The translations under genes were made by a program, and so were the position numbers. This document shows, in pieces, positions 32,246-43,861 of a stretch of DNA of 64,000 nucleotides. Positions within the stretch are counted from its first letter, which is position 1. The number at the start of each line of letters is the position of its first letter. The notes under the pieces were generated by a model. It was not told the DNA's origin, did no database searches, and saw only the letters and a list, made by a program, of their open reading frames with translations. The stretch is from an uncultured Verrucomicrobiae bacterium (GTDB taxonomy: Bacteria; Verrucomicrobiota; Verrucomicrobiia; Chthoniobacterales; JAFAMB01), in assembly GCA_963782115.1 (NCBI GenBank), contig CAWAIK010000001.1, positions 608,001 to 672,000 of the forward strand, read 5' to 3'.

Positions 32246-32565
32246 GTTCGTCCTTGGAGGAGAGTTCGAGCACTCGGCGAGCGAAGGGAAGTAGTTCCAC
32301 CGGGGAGCGTGGCGTGTGGCCGCGTCCTGAAGCTCGACTTGAAGAGCGGCGAACCGAGCCGACGCATCGCGCTCTGAAGTCAGAAGGGCGACAGTCCGCT
32401 GCGAAGCAGCTTTAAGTTGAGCGATTTGGTCCGCAGTCGCTTTCAGATTATCCCGAGAGCGCCTCGAATCGAGTCGTAGCGGCGTTTGTGGCGTGATTTG
32501 GCCGACGGCTAACCAATTGAAAACATCATATTGCATGTTGAGCATCATACTTGTATATTAGCATC

Positions 32566-32793
32566 ATGCGAACAACGGTGATGATAGAGGATGATGTTTA
32601 TGCAACAGCAAAGCAGATAGCGGAGAACTCCGGACGGACTCTTGGAGAGGTCATTTCTCGACTCGCTCGAAAAGGCCTCGCGTCGGAACCGTCGTTCGAC
32701 ATTAAAAATGGCGTACCTGTCTTCCGAATTGGGAATTCTGCAGAAAAGATTCCTGGAAGTCGGGCAGCAGAAATCCTCGATGAGGACGATTGA
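32566..32793 (+). CDS. vapB: Ribbon-helix-helix antitoxin (VapB-like)
   Basis: MRTTVMIEDDV...LGEVISRLARKGL; overlaps the PIN gene. Confidence 0.85.
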   Translation: MRTTVMIEDDVYATAKQIAENSGRTLGEVISRLARKGLASEPSFDIKNGVPVFRIGNSAEKIPGSRAAEILDEDD

Positions 32794-33218
32794 TGGCCAA
32801 ATACCTGCTCGATACCGATGTGCTCTTAGCCCTCGCTTGGCCAAGCCATGAATTCCACGAAGCGGCTCACAGCTGGTGGACTCACTCGAGAAAGAGATGG
32901 GCAACATGTGCCTTGACCGAGCTAGCTTTTATCCGACTTTCGTCCAACCCAGCTTTTACACGGGACGCAGTCACTCCCTACGAAGCTGCCACACTTTTAG
33001 AGCGCCTCGTTGCTCTCGAACAACACGAATACTGGAGTGGTCTCCCACATTTAAGGCGAGAAGACTTCCGCAACCTGAGCGGCCATAAGCAGCTCACGGA
33101 TTTCTATCTGACGAAGCTGGCTGCTGTACACGAAGCAAAATTGGCGACATTTGACTCTCGGATTCATGCCATTACAACACCAGAAACGTTAGAGCTAATA
33201 GCACGCTATGAAGTGTAG
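32793..33218 (+). CDS. vapC: PIN-domain VapC toxin
   Basis: YLLDTDVLLAL, TELAFIRL, QLTDFYL, LATFD. Confidence 0.9.
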   Translation: MAKYLLDTDVLLALAWPSHEFHEAAHSWWTHSRKRWATCALTELAFIRLSSNPAFTRDAVTPYEAATLLERLVALEQHEYWSGLPHLRREDFRNLSGHKQLTDFYLTKLAAVHEAKLATFDSRIHAITTPETLELIARYEV

Positions 33219-33599
33219 TAAGAAATCGCGGGTAAACCGCGGATGTTGCCGGTTCGAGCCGATTATGTTCTCAGTCGCTACAGCTAGTCAGTTATGCCGA
33301 GATACCCGGAAACCCGAGCCTTGACGGAACAAGCCGTTCGCCATGTTTTGTCCGAGCAGGAGAAGCATCTTAAGCGTTCTGACTCCGATGCGCTTAAGAA
33401 CGTCCTCTTGCGCCTCAACCATCTGGCGACAGACACGAACAACTGGAAGCCGCTTCCTCTGGGCTGATGTTCTCGTAGATTTCGATAGATAAACCTTTGT
33501 GCCCCCTGGGGCAATTTGCTGTCCCTCCGAGGTAGGGAAAGTCGAAAGTCTGACCGTCTAGCTCTAGCGTTAACTTGATGACTCCGAAAGACTTTCCGA

Positions 33600-34065
33600 C
33601 CTGATCTTTTGCCGACCGCGCCGTTGCCGAGGAACAAGGCCTTAACCTCTGCGTCGATCCGTTGGCCGGACTTAAGGTCTGCATAGTGGGCGCGGACTTT
33701 ATCCAGGACGTTTTGAAAGTATTCCTCGCCGCAGACTTCAAAGGGGAGATCATCCAGCTTGCAACCAGCAAGGCTAAGATTCTTCAACGTAGGTAGCAAG
33801 GATTCGAGCGGGGCAAACCGGCGAACACCAAGACAGTTATCCAGGTAAAGCGACTGGAGCGAGGTGAGGCGCTCCAGCGGGGAAAGATCGCTGAGCCGGA
33901 AGCACCAGGAGAGATAAAATAAAGCGATTGGAGCGAGGTGAGGCGGGCCAACTCTGGCGGAAGCCGATCCAATTCAAGTCCGCTGAGATCTAGCTCAATC
34001 GCTCCGGTCTTTTCCGCTTCGCGGATACGGAGCGGGGTTTCCTCGTAGGCTTCTTCCGGAATCAT
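33600..34065 (-). pseudogene. LRR-Roc (Roco) protein N-terminal fragment
   Basis: RIREA..ELDLSGLELDRLPPELARLTSLQSL; truncated at the P-loop VKALFLGNGAVGK. Confidence 0.75.
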
Positions 34066-34095
34066 AGGTGGAATAGTCCTACTATCCTAACACTG

Positions 34096-34134
34096 GGCTG
34101 TCGGCAACCGGCACATTACCGGTTGCCGACAGCC
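34096..34134. repeat. Perfect 16-bp inverted repeat GGCTGTCGGCAACCGG-N7-CCGGTTGCCGACAGCC
   Basis: Direct reading; no U-tract. Confidence 0.85.
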
Positions 34135-34149
34135 GTACTTCTTGGGAGG

Positions 34150-34890
34150 AATCGTCGCCCCAGGCGAACGAAGCGAAAATTTACGGTGTGCCTTTGGGAG
34201 GAGCTCTGGTCTGGCTGTGATTTCCAGTAGTTTGAGCTCTGGTCTGGCTGTATTTCGCAGTAGATCAGCATCTTCGCCGAAATCGGCGAAGCTGATGTAT
34301 TCGTCGTATTGGGCGTGGGAGGAGAAGTGCAAAATACCAATACGGAACGGTTGAATCTGTTCGATCTTCGGCACCCGACCGACCGGCAGCTTTCGGAGGG
34401 TGGATCAAGCACCAGATCGATCAATCTTTCCGCATTCTCGCCCCATGCCCGAAACCGGATATTGCCCGCGCCAGCTTCGCTCTAACCGTCATCCCACCGG
34501 GTCTCGATTAAAACTTGGATGCGTGTTGTCCGTTCGTAGAACCAGCAGCCGTACTTCCGGTAAATGGTCGCGTCTTCGGGGTGGCGACCAAGTTTCGAGA
34601 GGTAGCCGCGCAGGATGCCCTCATGGGAGAAAAGTATACTGGCTAAAGCGTCCGTGGAGTTTCTTGATCTGTTTAAAGATTTGTCCTGATGGAATATCGA
34701 ATAGATTGGTTCCAAGGCCCAATTCTGGTCGAGAATGATGCGGCCGCCGAAAAGCCCTGGCCGATAAAAGATGACGCCGTTGTGGTGCAGAAAATCAAGC
34801 AGGGCTTCTTTATCGCTAATCCCACCCACTTTGTCACGAAGGCTGTCAAACTCGGTTCGTTCCAGCAACCGGTGTTGGCGTTTGGCAGGT
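34150..34890 (-). pseudogene. COR-domain / C-terminal fragment of a Roco protein
   Basis: LLDFLHHNGVIFYRPGLFGGRIILDQNWAL..IY; internal deletion, stop and frameshift. Confidence 0.7.
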
Positions 34891-34918
34891 TCGCGCATGG
34901 GCTTGTGAGATTTTCGGG

Positions 34919-36370
34919 CTAGTGGGGAACGGAGGGCATCAGGCCGATCGCGATCTGCGGGAAGATGCCCAAAACGAAGATAAGGACCACCATAATCCAC
35001 ATGGCGACCAACGAGAGTCTGCTGACAGGAATCGCTGCTACATTCGCCGGCGGAGGCTGCCAATACATTGCCTTCACCACTTTCAAGTAGAAGTAGAAGC
35101 CGCAACCGACGGTTAGGATACCGAGCGCGATCAGGAAAAATTGCTGAGTCTCGAAGGCCACTTTGAAAACCAGAAATTTGCCCAGAAACCCGGCTGTCAG
35201 GGGAACGCCAGCGAGCGACATCATGGCGACCAGGAGGCCAAACGCCAGGAACGGAGAACGCTTACCGAGACCATTGAAGTGAACGATGTCGTCGCCGTCT
35301 GCATGCGCGCTTACGATCACCAGGACCAGGAAGGAGAGGAGAGTCATCAATAGGTAAGCGGCAAGATAGACGACTACGGCTAGCCCGGAATCCCGAGCCC
35401 CGATTGCTGCCACGGCGATCAGGAGGTAACCGGCATGACCGATGCTGGAATAGGCCAGAAGACGCTTAAAGTTGGTCTGAGGCAGCGCCGCAAGATTGCC
35501 GTAGAGCAAGGTGGCGGCTGCCAAAAGAATGATCGCTGTGATCAATCTCTCTCCGACAGCCGGGAGACTCTGGAACGCTTGCACGACGCGTAGAAGGACG
35601 ATGAACCCGACAGACTTCGAACCAACTGAGAGAAATGCGGTGATCGGCGTTGGAGCGCCCTGATAGACATCGGGAACCCAGAACTGGAAGGGAGCGGCAG
35701 CTATCTTGAACCCCAGACCGACCAGGACGAGCAGCGCACCAAAAAGAAGGCCGGACTGATTGTCCAGAGGTATCGAGGGAAGCACCCGCTCAATCTGGGT
35801 CAGATTGGTCTGTTGCGTGATGCCGTAAATCCAGGTGATACCATAAACGGTGAAGCCCGTGGAAAGTGCGCTCAGGATCAGGTATTTAACGCCGGCTTCC
35901 AGCGAAGCCGCGTTCCTGCGCATGTAAGCCACAAGGACATAAAAAGAAATCGTGACCAGCTCCAGCGATACGAAAATCAGGATAAAGTCGATGGCCGATG
36001 ACATCCACATCATCCCGGCGCAAGTCAGTACCGGTAGCGCGAAAAATTCGCCAAGACCGGCCTGATGAGAACCTCCCGGCAAAAAACGCGTAATCGTGTC
36101 GGCATAATCAATCGACATGATCAGGACGACGATCGTCGTTACGACGGCGATCTTCTTGAAGAAGATCGCCGCGGGATCGACCACATAAGAGGCCATTCCG
36201 CTGGGTCCAGGGACACTTGCCTGGAGAAACAAGAACACGATGGCCAGTCCGACGATTCCAATGACTGCGAAAATTTTACGATCCCGCTTCTCGGAGAAGG
36301 ACTCCAGAAGCAGCATCAGGATTCCGAGGGCGAGGACGAACAATTCTAGGAAAACTGGAGGCATTGTCAT
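34919..36370 (-). CDS. nuoN: NADH-quinone oxidoreductase subunit N
   Basis: EAGVKY, GFKIAAAPFQFWVPDVYQGAP, KRLLAYSSIGHAGY. Confidence 0.95.
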   Translation of the reverse strand: MTMPPVFLELFVLALGILMLLLESFSEKRDRKIFAVIGIVGLAIVFLFLQASVPGPSGMASYVVDPAAIFFKKIAVVTTIVVLIMSIDYADTITRFLPGGSHQAGLGEFFALPVLTCAGMMWMSSAIDFILIFVSLELVTISFYVLVAYMRRNAASLEAGVKYLILSALSTGFTVYGITWIYGITQQTNLTQIERVLPSIPLDNQSGLLFGALLVLVGLGFKIAAAPFQFWVPDVYQGAPTPITAFLSVGSKSVGFIVLLRVVQAFQSLPAVGERLITAIILLAAATLLYGNLAALPQTNFKRLLAYSSIGHAGYLLIAVAAIGARDSGLAVVVYLAAYLLMTLLSFLVLVIVSAHADGDDIVHFNGLGKRSPFLAFGLLVAMMSLAGVPLTAGFLGKFLVFKVAFETQQFFLIALGILTVGCGFYFYLKVVKAMYWQPPPANVAAIPVSRLSLVAMWIMVVLIFVLGIFPQIAIGLMPSVPH

Positions 36371-37845
36371 TTAGCGAAAAGCCGAATTCCTGGTTCAACA
36401 GCATCCAAAACAGTTCTCGGCAGCAGGCCGACAACGAGCAATGCGGCGACCAGCAGAACGACGGCCCAGCCAAGGTTCATGGGCATGTCCCGTACCGCAT
36501 GCCAGCGGGCCTGGCGTTCTCCCATAAATATCGCCCGATAAGCTCGCAACATATAGACAGCAGAGATCACGACGCCCCACAGGGCGATGGTGCCAACGAT
36601 TTGAAATTCATTAAATCCGGCGCCCGGCGTTGAGTTTTTGAAAGCGCCAAAGAAAACCAGGAGCTCAGAAGCGAAGTTCGCAAACCCTGGGAGTCCGATG
36701 GAAGCGAACGTTGCCAGTCCAAAGACAAAGCAAAGCGTTGGCATACTGGTTCCCAATCCTCCTAGATCGAGGTAATTGAGTGTCCCGGTCTGCTTTCGAA
36801 GTTCGCCGCACATTGCGAAAAGCGCGGCGATCGATAGCCCATGAGCCAGCATGAGCAGAGCAGCGCCATTGAGGCCGATGACGTTATAGCTGGCAATGCC
36901 GAGGAAGATGTACCCCATGTGCATCACACTCGAATAGCCGAGGGTTAGGTCGAGCTGTTTTTGAGAGATCGTAGCCAAGCCCACATAAAGGATGTTCCCA
37001 GCCAGCAGGATCAGAAGCAGCGGGGCCCAATGCCGCGCCGCCTCAGGCATCAGCGGCAGTGCCACTCTTAATAGACCGTAAAGTCCGAACTTCTTTAACA
37101 CACCGGCGTGCAGCATGGCAACCGGCACCGGTGCCGATGAATAAGCTTGAGGAGCCCAGGTATGAAATGGAAAGAGCGAGACCAGAATCCCGAAGCCGAT
37201 CAATAAAAGGATGTAGACTGATTTGGATCCCGGTCCCGAAAATACGCCGGTCGATGCGAGTTGTTGAAGTTTTTCGATGTCGAACGTTCGCTGCTGGGGC
37301 GGCGGTAACAGGTAGAGGCCGATCAATCCGACCAGGAGAATGATGCTACCGATTGACAGATAAATGGTGATTTTCCACGCGGCGCTCTGCCGGTTGCCCG
37401 ATCCCCAGATCCCGATCATGAGGAAGGTGGGGATAAGCGCCAATTCATGAAACGCATAAAAGAAGAACAGATCGAGAGAAGCAAATGCTCCGGCGGCCCC
37501 GGCGGCGATTAGAAGGATACACGCATAATACCGGTTCTCTCCATAGTCCACTTTTGGAGCAAGCCAAACGGCGGCGAGTTCTACAATAGAGGTCAGGAGC
37601 AACAGTGTCGCGCTTAGGCCGTCTACGCCGAGGAAAAATTTCAAATCCCAGCCGGCGACAAGGGGGAGGGAACTCGCGAACTGGTATCCGGCGTTAGCGC
37701 GATCGTAACCGAGAAATACAATCAAAGCCGAGACCAGCGCGATGAGGGCAGCTATGACAGCAGTTCTCCGCGCAGGTAGTCCGAGCAGAATACCGAGTGC
37801 AGCGACGACTGGTGCAAGATAAATCAGGTGAACCAGTAAATTCAT
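36367..37845 (-). CDS. nuoM: NADH-quinone oxidoreductase subunit M
   Basis: GVDGLS, FPFHTWAP, YSSVMHMG, LPGFANFASE; ATG at 37845 within the fused ORF. Confidence 0.9.
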   Translation of the reverse strand: MNLLVHLIYLAPVVAALGILLGLPARRTAVIAALIALVSALIVFLGYDRANAGYQFASSLPLVAGWDLKFFLGVDGLSATLLLLTSIVELAAVWLAPKVDYGENRYYACILLIAAGAAGAFASLDLFFFYAFHELALIPTFLMIGIWGSGNRQSAAWKITIYLSIGSIILLVGLIGLYLLPPPQQRTFDIEKLQQLASTGVFSGPGSKSVYILLLIGFGILVSLFPFHTWAPQAYSSAPVPVAMLHAGVLKKFGLYGLLRVALPLMPEAARHWAPLLLILLAGNILYVGLATISQKQLDLTLGYSSVMHMGYIFLGIASYNVIGLNGAALLMLAHGLSIAALFAMCGELRKQTGTLNYLDLGGLGTSMPTLCFVFGLATFASIGLPGFANFASELLVFFGAFKNSTPGAGFNEFQIVGTIALWGVVISAVYMLRAYRAIFMGERQARWHAVRDMPMNLGWAVVLLVAALLVVGLLPRTVLDAVEPGIRLFAK

Positions 37846-39633
37846 TTTGTGCCAGAACAGAACGAAGTAAAGCAGCAAGACTACCCCTGCCCCAAAGAGA
37901 AACGCGTAAGCCTGTAGATTGCCGATCTGAAGGAAACGCAGGGCGAAGCCGAGGCCCCAAGTGATTCCTCCGAGACCTCGCACTATACCGCCGTCAATCA
38001 CCCAGCGATCGAAGAAACCCGAAACATTGGCGAGCAGGTCCTGAGTCCATTTGATCAGGCTGCCGTAAAACTCATCGATGTAGAACTTGTGTTCGAAGAG
38101 AGGGATATCAATGCCGTCCTTGTTCCTGTCTTTGTAGAGGTAGAAGCCGGAAGCCGCACCTGCTGCGAAAGCGATGAGCGAAACCGCGATCGCGCCAATG
38201 GGCGAACCTTCATGTTCAGGTACTTTGATGAAAATCGAGGCGACAAACGGGAATCCGGCGATACACGATGGAATCGCCAGAAGTATCAGGGGAACGGTCA
38301 TTACGGTGGGCGATTCATTGGCGTGTCTGGCGTGATCTGAGCGAGCCTCCCCAAGGAAAGCGACAACGAAAAGCCGGGACATGTAAAAAGCGGTCAGGAA
38401 CGTGACCAAGGCGATCGCAAGAAAGGCAGGAATATTCTGGCCGGCCGACGCCAGGATGGCGTCCTTGCTCCAAAATCCGGCGAAAGGCGGGCAAGCGATC
38501 AAGGCCAGGGTGCCGATGAGAAAAGTCCAGAAGGTCACCGGCATTTTGTTCCGCAGACCGCCCATCTGCCAGATATTCTGCTCATGATGCAGGCTGTAGA
38601 TAACTGAGCCTGCGCCGAGGAATAAAAGCGCTTTGAAAGAGGCGTGGGTGAAAAGGTGGAACATGCCCGCCTGTGGAACTTCCAGACCGATAGCGGCAAT
38701 CATCAAGCCGAGTTGGGAAAGAGTCGAATAGGCAAGAATACGCTTGATGTCGTCCTGTTGCGTCGCCATGAGCGCGGCGAGCAACGAGGTAATCAACCCG
38801 ATCCAAAGAACGACGGTGAGCGCGGGCGGGGAAGGCTGGAACAGAAAGAAGGTGCGTGCCAGCATGAAGACCCCGGCGGCAACCATCGTTGCGGCGTGGA
38901 TCAATGCAGAGACAGGAGTCGGCCCTTCCATGGCGTCTGGCAGCCAGACGTGCAGGGGAAACTGCGCAGATTTTCCGACTGGCCCCGCAGAAGATAAGCA
39001 GAGCCGCGGCAGTCATGAACCCGGGACTCAATCCGAGAGTCGACCAGTGCTGACTGAGTTCGTCGAAAGAGACCGTTCCAGACGCTGACCAAACCAGAAG
39101 GATGCCGAGCATGAATCCGAAATCACCGATGCGATTGGCCAGAAAAGCCTTATTGGCGGCGTCGGGAGGGGCAGGGCGATAGAACCAATGACCGATCAAG
39201 AGATAGGAACTGACTCCGACCAACTCCCAGAAGATGAACATCATGATGAAGTTGTTCGCCAGCACGATCCCAGCATCGAAAACGTGAACAGGGAAAGCCC
39301 GCAGAAATAGCGGGAACGTCCCTTGTCATCCGCCATGTAGCCGATCGAATAAATGTGGATCAGGAGTCCGACACCACTCACCACCAGAAGCATCAGTTTG
39401 GTTAAATCGTTGATCAGATAACCGATCTTGACCTGGAACACCCCCAAATCGATCCAGTTGAAGCTGGCCGATCCGTCTTGACCGAAAAAGACTCCCAAGC
39501 TGAAAACAAACGAGATGGCGACCGCCGCAACGGAGATATACGAGCTGAGCTTCTTGAACCGCTCAGTGACCAGAGCGATGACAAAAACAGATACAAACGG
39601 TGCAAAGAGAATGATCCACGGACTCGAGTTCAT
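37842..39633 (-). CDS. nuoL: NADH-quinone oxidoreductase subunit L (frameshifted)
   Basis: WELVGVSSYLLIG, NRIGDFG, MEGPTPVSALIHAATMV, LAYSTLSQLG. Confidence 0.92.
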
Positions 39634-39636
39634 TCG

Positions 39637-39954
39637 TCAGAATTTCAATGTGTTGATGTCCTCGATATGCGTGGTTTGTCTGGCCCGGAACAGCGCGACG
39701 ATGATGGCCAGTCCGACGGTAACTTCTGCGGCGGCGACAGTGATGATGAAAAACGCCAGTACCTGTCCGTTATAGTCCGGTAAGCCGTCGTGCACGTTAT
39801 ACCTCGAAAATCCGATCAACGAAAGATTTGCCGCGTTGAGCATCAACTCCAGGGCCATGAAAATGATGATGACATTCCGGCGGAGTAAGACCCCGGCAAA
39901 CCCGATGGCAAATAACAGGCCACTGGCAATCAGATAATCATTGAGCGTCACCAT
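39637..39954 (-). CDS. nuoK: NADH-quinone oxidoreductase subunit K
   Basis: [20 protein letters not shown]. Confidence 0.95.
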   Translation of the reverse strand: MVTLNDYLIASGLLFAIGFAGVLLRRNVIIIFMALELMLNAANLSLIGFSRYNVHDGLPDYNGQVLAFFIITVAAAEVTVGLAIIVALFRARQTTHIEDINTLKF

Positions 39955-39956
39955 GG

Positions 39957-40460
39957 TTATTTGAGCTCCCGTTTGCTTAGTATCACGACGCCGATAGACG
40001 CCACCAGGATCAGTGTTCCCACCACCTGAAGCGCAATGTTATAGCGCTGGAAAAGGACCATTCCAACGTGCCAGACATCTCCTTGGGGCCCCTGGTAGAT
40101 CGCCTGAAACTTGGCGTTCCCTCCCTCGAAGCTGTAACTGACGTCTGCCAGAACCTTGACAAAGAGGATGATCACGATGAACCCGCCGCACATTGCCGGA
40201 AGATTTATCCGGCGGCGGACCTCCGCCTTGAGATCCAGCAGCATGATGATGAAAAGAAAAAGGACCATGACCGCTCCCGCGTAGACCAGGATCTGGATCA
40301 CCCCGATAAAATAGGCGTCGAGCGAAACATAAAGAGCGGCCAAGGCGAGAAAGGAAACGACCAGGCTCAACGCGCTGGCGACTGGATTGCGGTTAAGCAC
40401 CACCATCCCGCCGAAAACCAGCATGATCGCAACGAAGATCCAGAAAAGTAATGGTGACAT
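39957..40460 (-). CDS. nuoJ: NADH-quinone oxidoreductase subunit J
   Basis: [22 protein letters not shown]. Confidence 0.95.
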   Translation of the reverse strand: MSPLLFWIFVAIMLVFGGMVVLNRNPVASALSLVVSFLALAALYVSLDAYFIGVIQILVYAGAVMVLFLFIIMLLDLKAEVRRRINLPAMCGGFIVIILFVKVLADVSYSFEGGNAKFQAIYQGPQGDVWHVGMVLFQRYNIALQVVGTLILVASIGVVILSKRELK

Positions 40461-40464
40461 TCGG

Positions 40465-40996
40465 CTATTTCTTGTCGTTCCACTTGTTAACCAGTCCGGT
40501 CATGACACCGCCAAGTTCGTAAAGCTTCTTCTTGTCGTGCACCATCTCCTGCCTGGTCAGGCCGGTGATGGCGTAATCTTTGCGCAAGAAGATGGCTTGT
40601 TCCGGGCAAACCTCTTCACAGAGTCCGCAATAGATGCAGCGGATCATATCGATCTCGAATTCCTGTGGAAATTTCTCGACCTTGCGCCATCGGTCTTCTT
40701 GCGGAATTTCTCCGGGATGAATGGTGATCGCGCGCGGCGGACAAATGAACTCGCAAAGTTGACAGGCAACGCAGCGCTCGCGCCCATGTTCATCCGTCAC
40801 AAGGGTCGGCGCACCGCGGTAGTGCGCCGGTAATTGCTTGTCCCATTTTTCCTCCGGGTATTGCATGGTGATTTTCTTTTTGCCCGAAAGAATCTTGACG
40901 AAGTGACCGGATGGTAATCCCAAGACCGGTTAAGATCGCGGGTAGATAGGCCTTTTCCGCAAAGGTCAGTTTTGGACGGGCTACGGTATACGCCAT
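40465..40996 (-). CDS. nuoI: NADH-quinone oxidoreductase subunit I (frameshift near 40910)
   Basis: YPEEK, CVACQLCEFICP, CIYCGLCEEVCP. Confidence 0.93.
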
Positions 40997-41008
40997 GGCT
41001 CTAGCTCC

Positions 41009-42185
41009 TTACTTTCGCATGAAAGGCAGAATGACTGCGACGATGAAAACATTTACCAGAGCGATCTCGATGAAGAAATACCAGCCAAGCCTCATCAACT
41101 GATCGTATCGAAAACGCGGCAACGTCCAGCGGACCCAGATAAAAAAGAAGAGGAGCAGAGCCACTTTGACAAAGAATGCCGCAATGTGAATGAGTCCGAG
41201 GATAACTCCCCAGATCGTATAAGGATTAGCAATCGTTGTCGGCAGGAATGGAACATGCCATGCCCCAAAGAAAAGGGTGACGATGACCGCCGAGCCGACG
41301 ATCATGGCTGCGTATTCACCGAGAAAAAAGAGGGCAAACTTCATCGACGAATACTCGGTGTGATATCCGCCGACCAGTTCAGTCTCCGCCTCGGGCAAGT
41401 CAAACGGCAAGCGGTTCGTTTCGGCGAACATGGAGATGGTGAAAACAATGAAGGAAATGAAAAGCGGGATCCAGAGGATGATTTTCAGGATGTCGAACGA
41501 TTGGATAATCTCCTGAAAATTAATGCTTAGCGGAAAAAGGCTGATACCCTTGATCCAGATCGGAGAAATCAGCCAGCCATGGACGGTTTGGTACCTGACG
41601 ATTTCCGACAAGTTGAGAGTTCGGCAGATCATGAAGATCGGGATGACCGATAAGGCGAGCGAAAGCTCGTAGGAAATCATCTGGGAACTGGATCGTATCC
41701 CGCCAAGGAACGGATACTTCGAGTTCGAGGACCAGCCGGCCAATACGATGCCATAGACGCCGAGGGAAGAAACGGCAAAGACCCATAGAACTCCGACGTT
41801 CACGTTGGCGACCACCATCGGCTCGCCCCAAAGCTGGCTTCCAAACGGAATCACCGCAAGAGCCATCATGGAGGGAGCCATCGCGCAAGCCGGCGCCAAC
41901 CAGTAATAAAACTTGTTAACGTGAGCCGGTGTAAAATCTTCCTTCAACAAAAGCTTCACCGCGTCTGCGATCGGCTGGGCAAGACCGAAGAATGGGATGT
42001 CTTTCTGGAACCCGAACAAGGTAAGAGGGATCCCGACTCGGTTCGGGCCGAGCCGGTCCTGGATCATTGCGCTCACACGTCGCTCGGCATAGACCGTGTA
42101 CGAAACCATCGGGAGAATGATCACGAAGATCAATCCCATGGTCTTGGCCAGCGAAACCAGGACGAGTATCAGAACCGTGGGTCAT
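41009..42185 (-). CDS. nuoH: NADH-quinone oxidoreductase subunit H
   Basis: QDRLGPNRVG, AETNRLPFDLPEAE, LPRFRYDQLM; 5' frameshift. Confidence 0.95.
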
Positions 42186-43852
42186 ACCGTCGCGGACGCC
42201 TCCTCAGTCTCTTCCACAAGCTGGACGCCCTTGTCGCTGATCCTGCTAAGCGATAGCGCATTCATGTCGGGAATCGAGTCTGTAATTTGTTTGAAAACAT
42301 CCTCAATCAGATAGATCCCGTTCGATCCCGTCAACTGCTGGATCAGGTCACGAATAATTTCCCAATCATCTCGCGCTGATTCCAGGCGGTTGCGTGGCAC
42401 GGTTCAAACGTTGCAGTCGTCCCTTGATATTGATCATCGAGCCGCGTTTCTCGGAGAAAGCGGAAGAGGGAAGCAGGACGGTGGCACTGCGAGTCGTTTC
42501 GTTTGGCAGGATATCAACGACGATCAAGGCAGCCAATTTCTCTCAGCTCGTCCACGGTGAGCCCAAGTTGCGTTAGATCTTCGCCGAGACGCGACCACCG
42601 CCTTGATTGCGCCCGATCTGATCTTGCTCGGCAATCTCCTTTAACGCGGTGCCGGGTTTTTCGCCGGTGACTCCGATGAGCTGGGCGCCCAGGGTGTTCG
42701 GATTCCGGTCAGCGCTCATCAAGATCTGATCGGCTTTCCCGGTTCGAGGAACGACATCGTGATGCGACGTGCCAATCGAATCGATCAACCTTTTCGTCAG
42801 CCAAAGTTCTTCGTTCGTCATCCTCGCAGAAGCAACGACGGCGACTTCGTCCTTCTGAAATTGCTTCAACTCTTCTCCGGCCTTTACCAGCGCGCTGTTC
42901 CAGGCGGTGTCGACGAGTCCGTGGTTTTCCCGGACCTGCGGAGTTTTAAGTCGATCGGCGGAATTGACAGAGTGGAAGTTCAAACGGCCGTAGTCGCACA
43001 TCCAGGCGGAATTCACCGCATCATTTTCTCTGGGCGTTTGCCGGAAAATTTCGTTTTGCCGAGTGCCGATGACCGTGTTGCAACCGGTCCCGCAGCTCGT
43101 ACAGATGCTCTTGGTTTCTTTGAGGAACCAGACTCGCATTTTGAATCGAAAATCGCTGCTGGTCAGAGCTCCGACCGGACAGATGTCGACGGTGTTCAAT
43201 GAATAATTGCTATCGAGCAATTTGTCAGGGTACGCGGTCAGGTAGGTATGGCTCCCACGACTGACAAATCCTAACACGTCGTCATGAGCGACCTCCTTCA
43301 TGAAACGAATGCAGCGGGAGCAGAGAATACAGCGCTCATCATCGAGCGTGACTCGAGGGCCGATTTCGACACGTTTCGGTTTTTTGACCTTTTCCTCGAG
43401 AAAGCGGGAACCGCGCGGTTCCAAACTCGACGCTGTATTCCTGGAGGTAACACTCGCCGGCCTGGTCGCAAATCGGGCAATCGAGCGGATGATTGATCAG
43501 AAGAAACTCCATGACCCCATGCCGGCATTCTTGAACCATCGGTGAATCGGTTCGAATTCCCATGCCTTCCGCAATATCCTGAGCACAAGAAATCTGCGGT
43601 CGCGGGATCCAGTTGATTACCGGTTTGCCATCTGCGCCCGATCTCCGGTTTCCGGTCTGGACCGAGCTTGGGCATGCCCATTTCGATAAGGCACATGCGG
43701 CAATTGCCAGGTGAACTGAGCTTCGGATGGTAACAGTAGTGAGGAACAAACTTTCCCGCTTGAGCGCACGCCTCAATGACGCGCGTACCCTTCTGGAACT
43801 GATGCCAGATGCCGTCGATCTGGACGTTGAGTAGTTCTTTTGGTGCGCTCAT
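42182..43852 (-). CDS. nuoG: NADH-quinone oxidoreductase subunit G, short form (frameshifted)
   Basis: [43 protein letters not shown]. Confidence 0.9.
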
Positions 43853-43861
43853 TGTAAATCG

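Noticed and set aside
36367..38931. Natural NuoL-NuoM fusion protein
   Set aside because: Removing one A from CACAAAATGAAT at ~37846 restores the usual ATGA stop/start overlap, as seen at nuoM/nuoN; likely a homopolymer error
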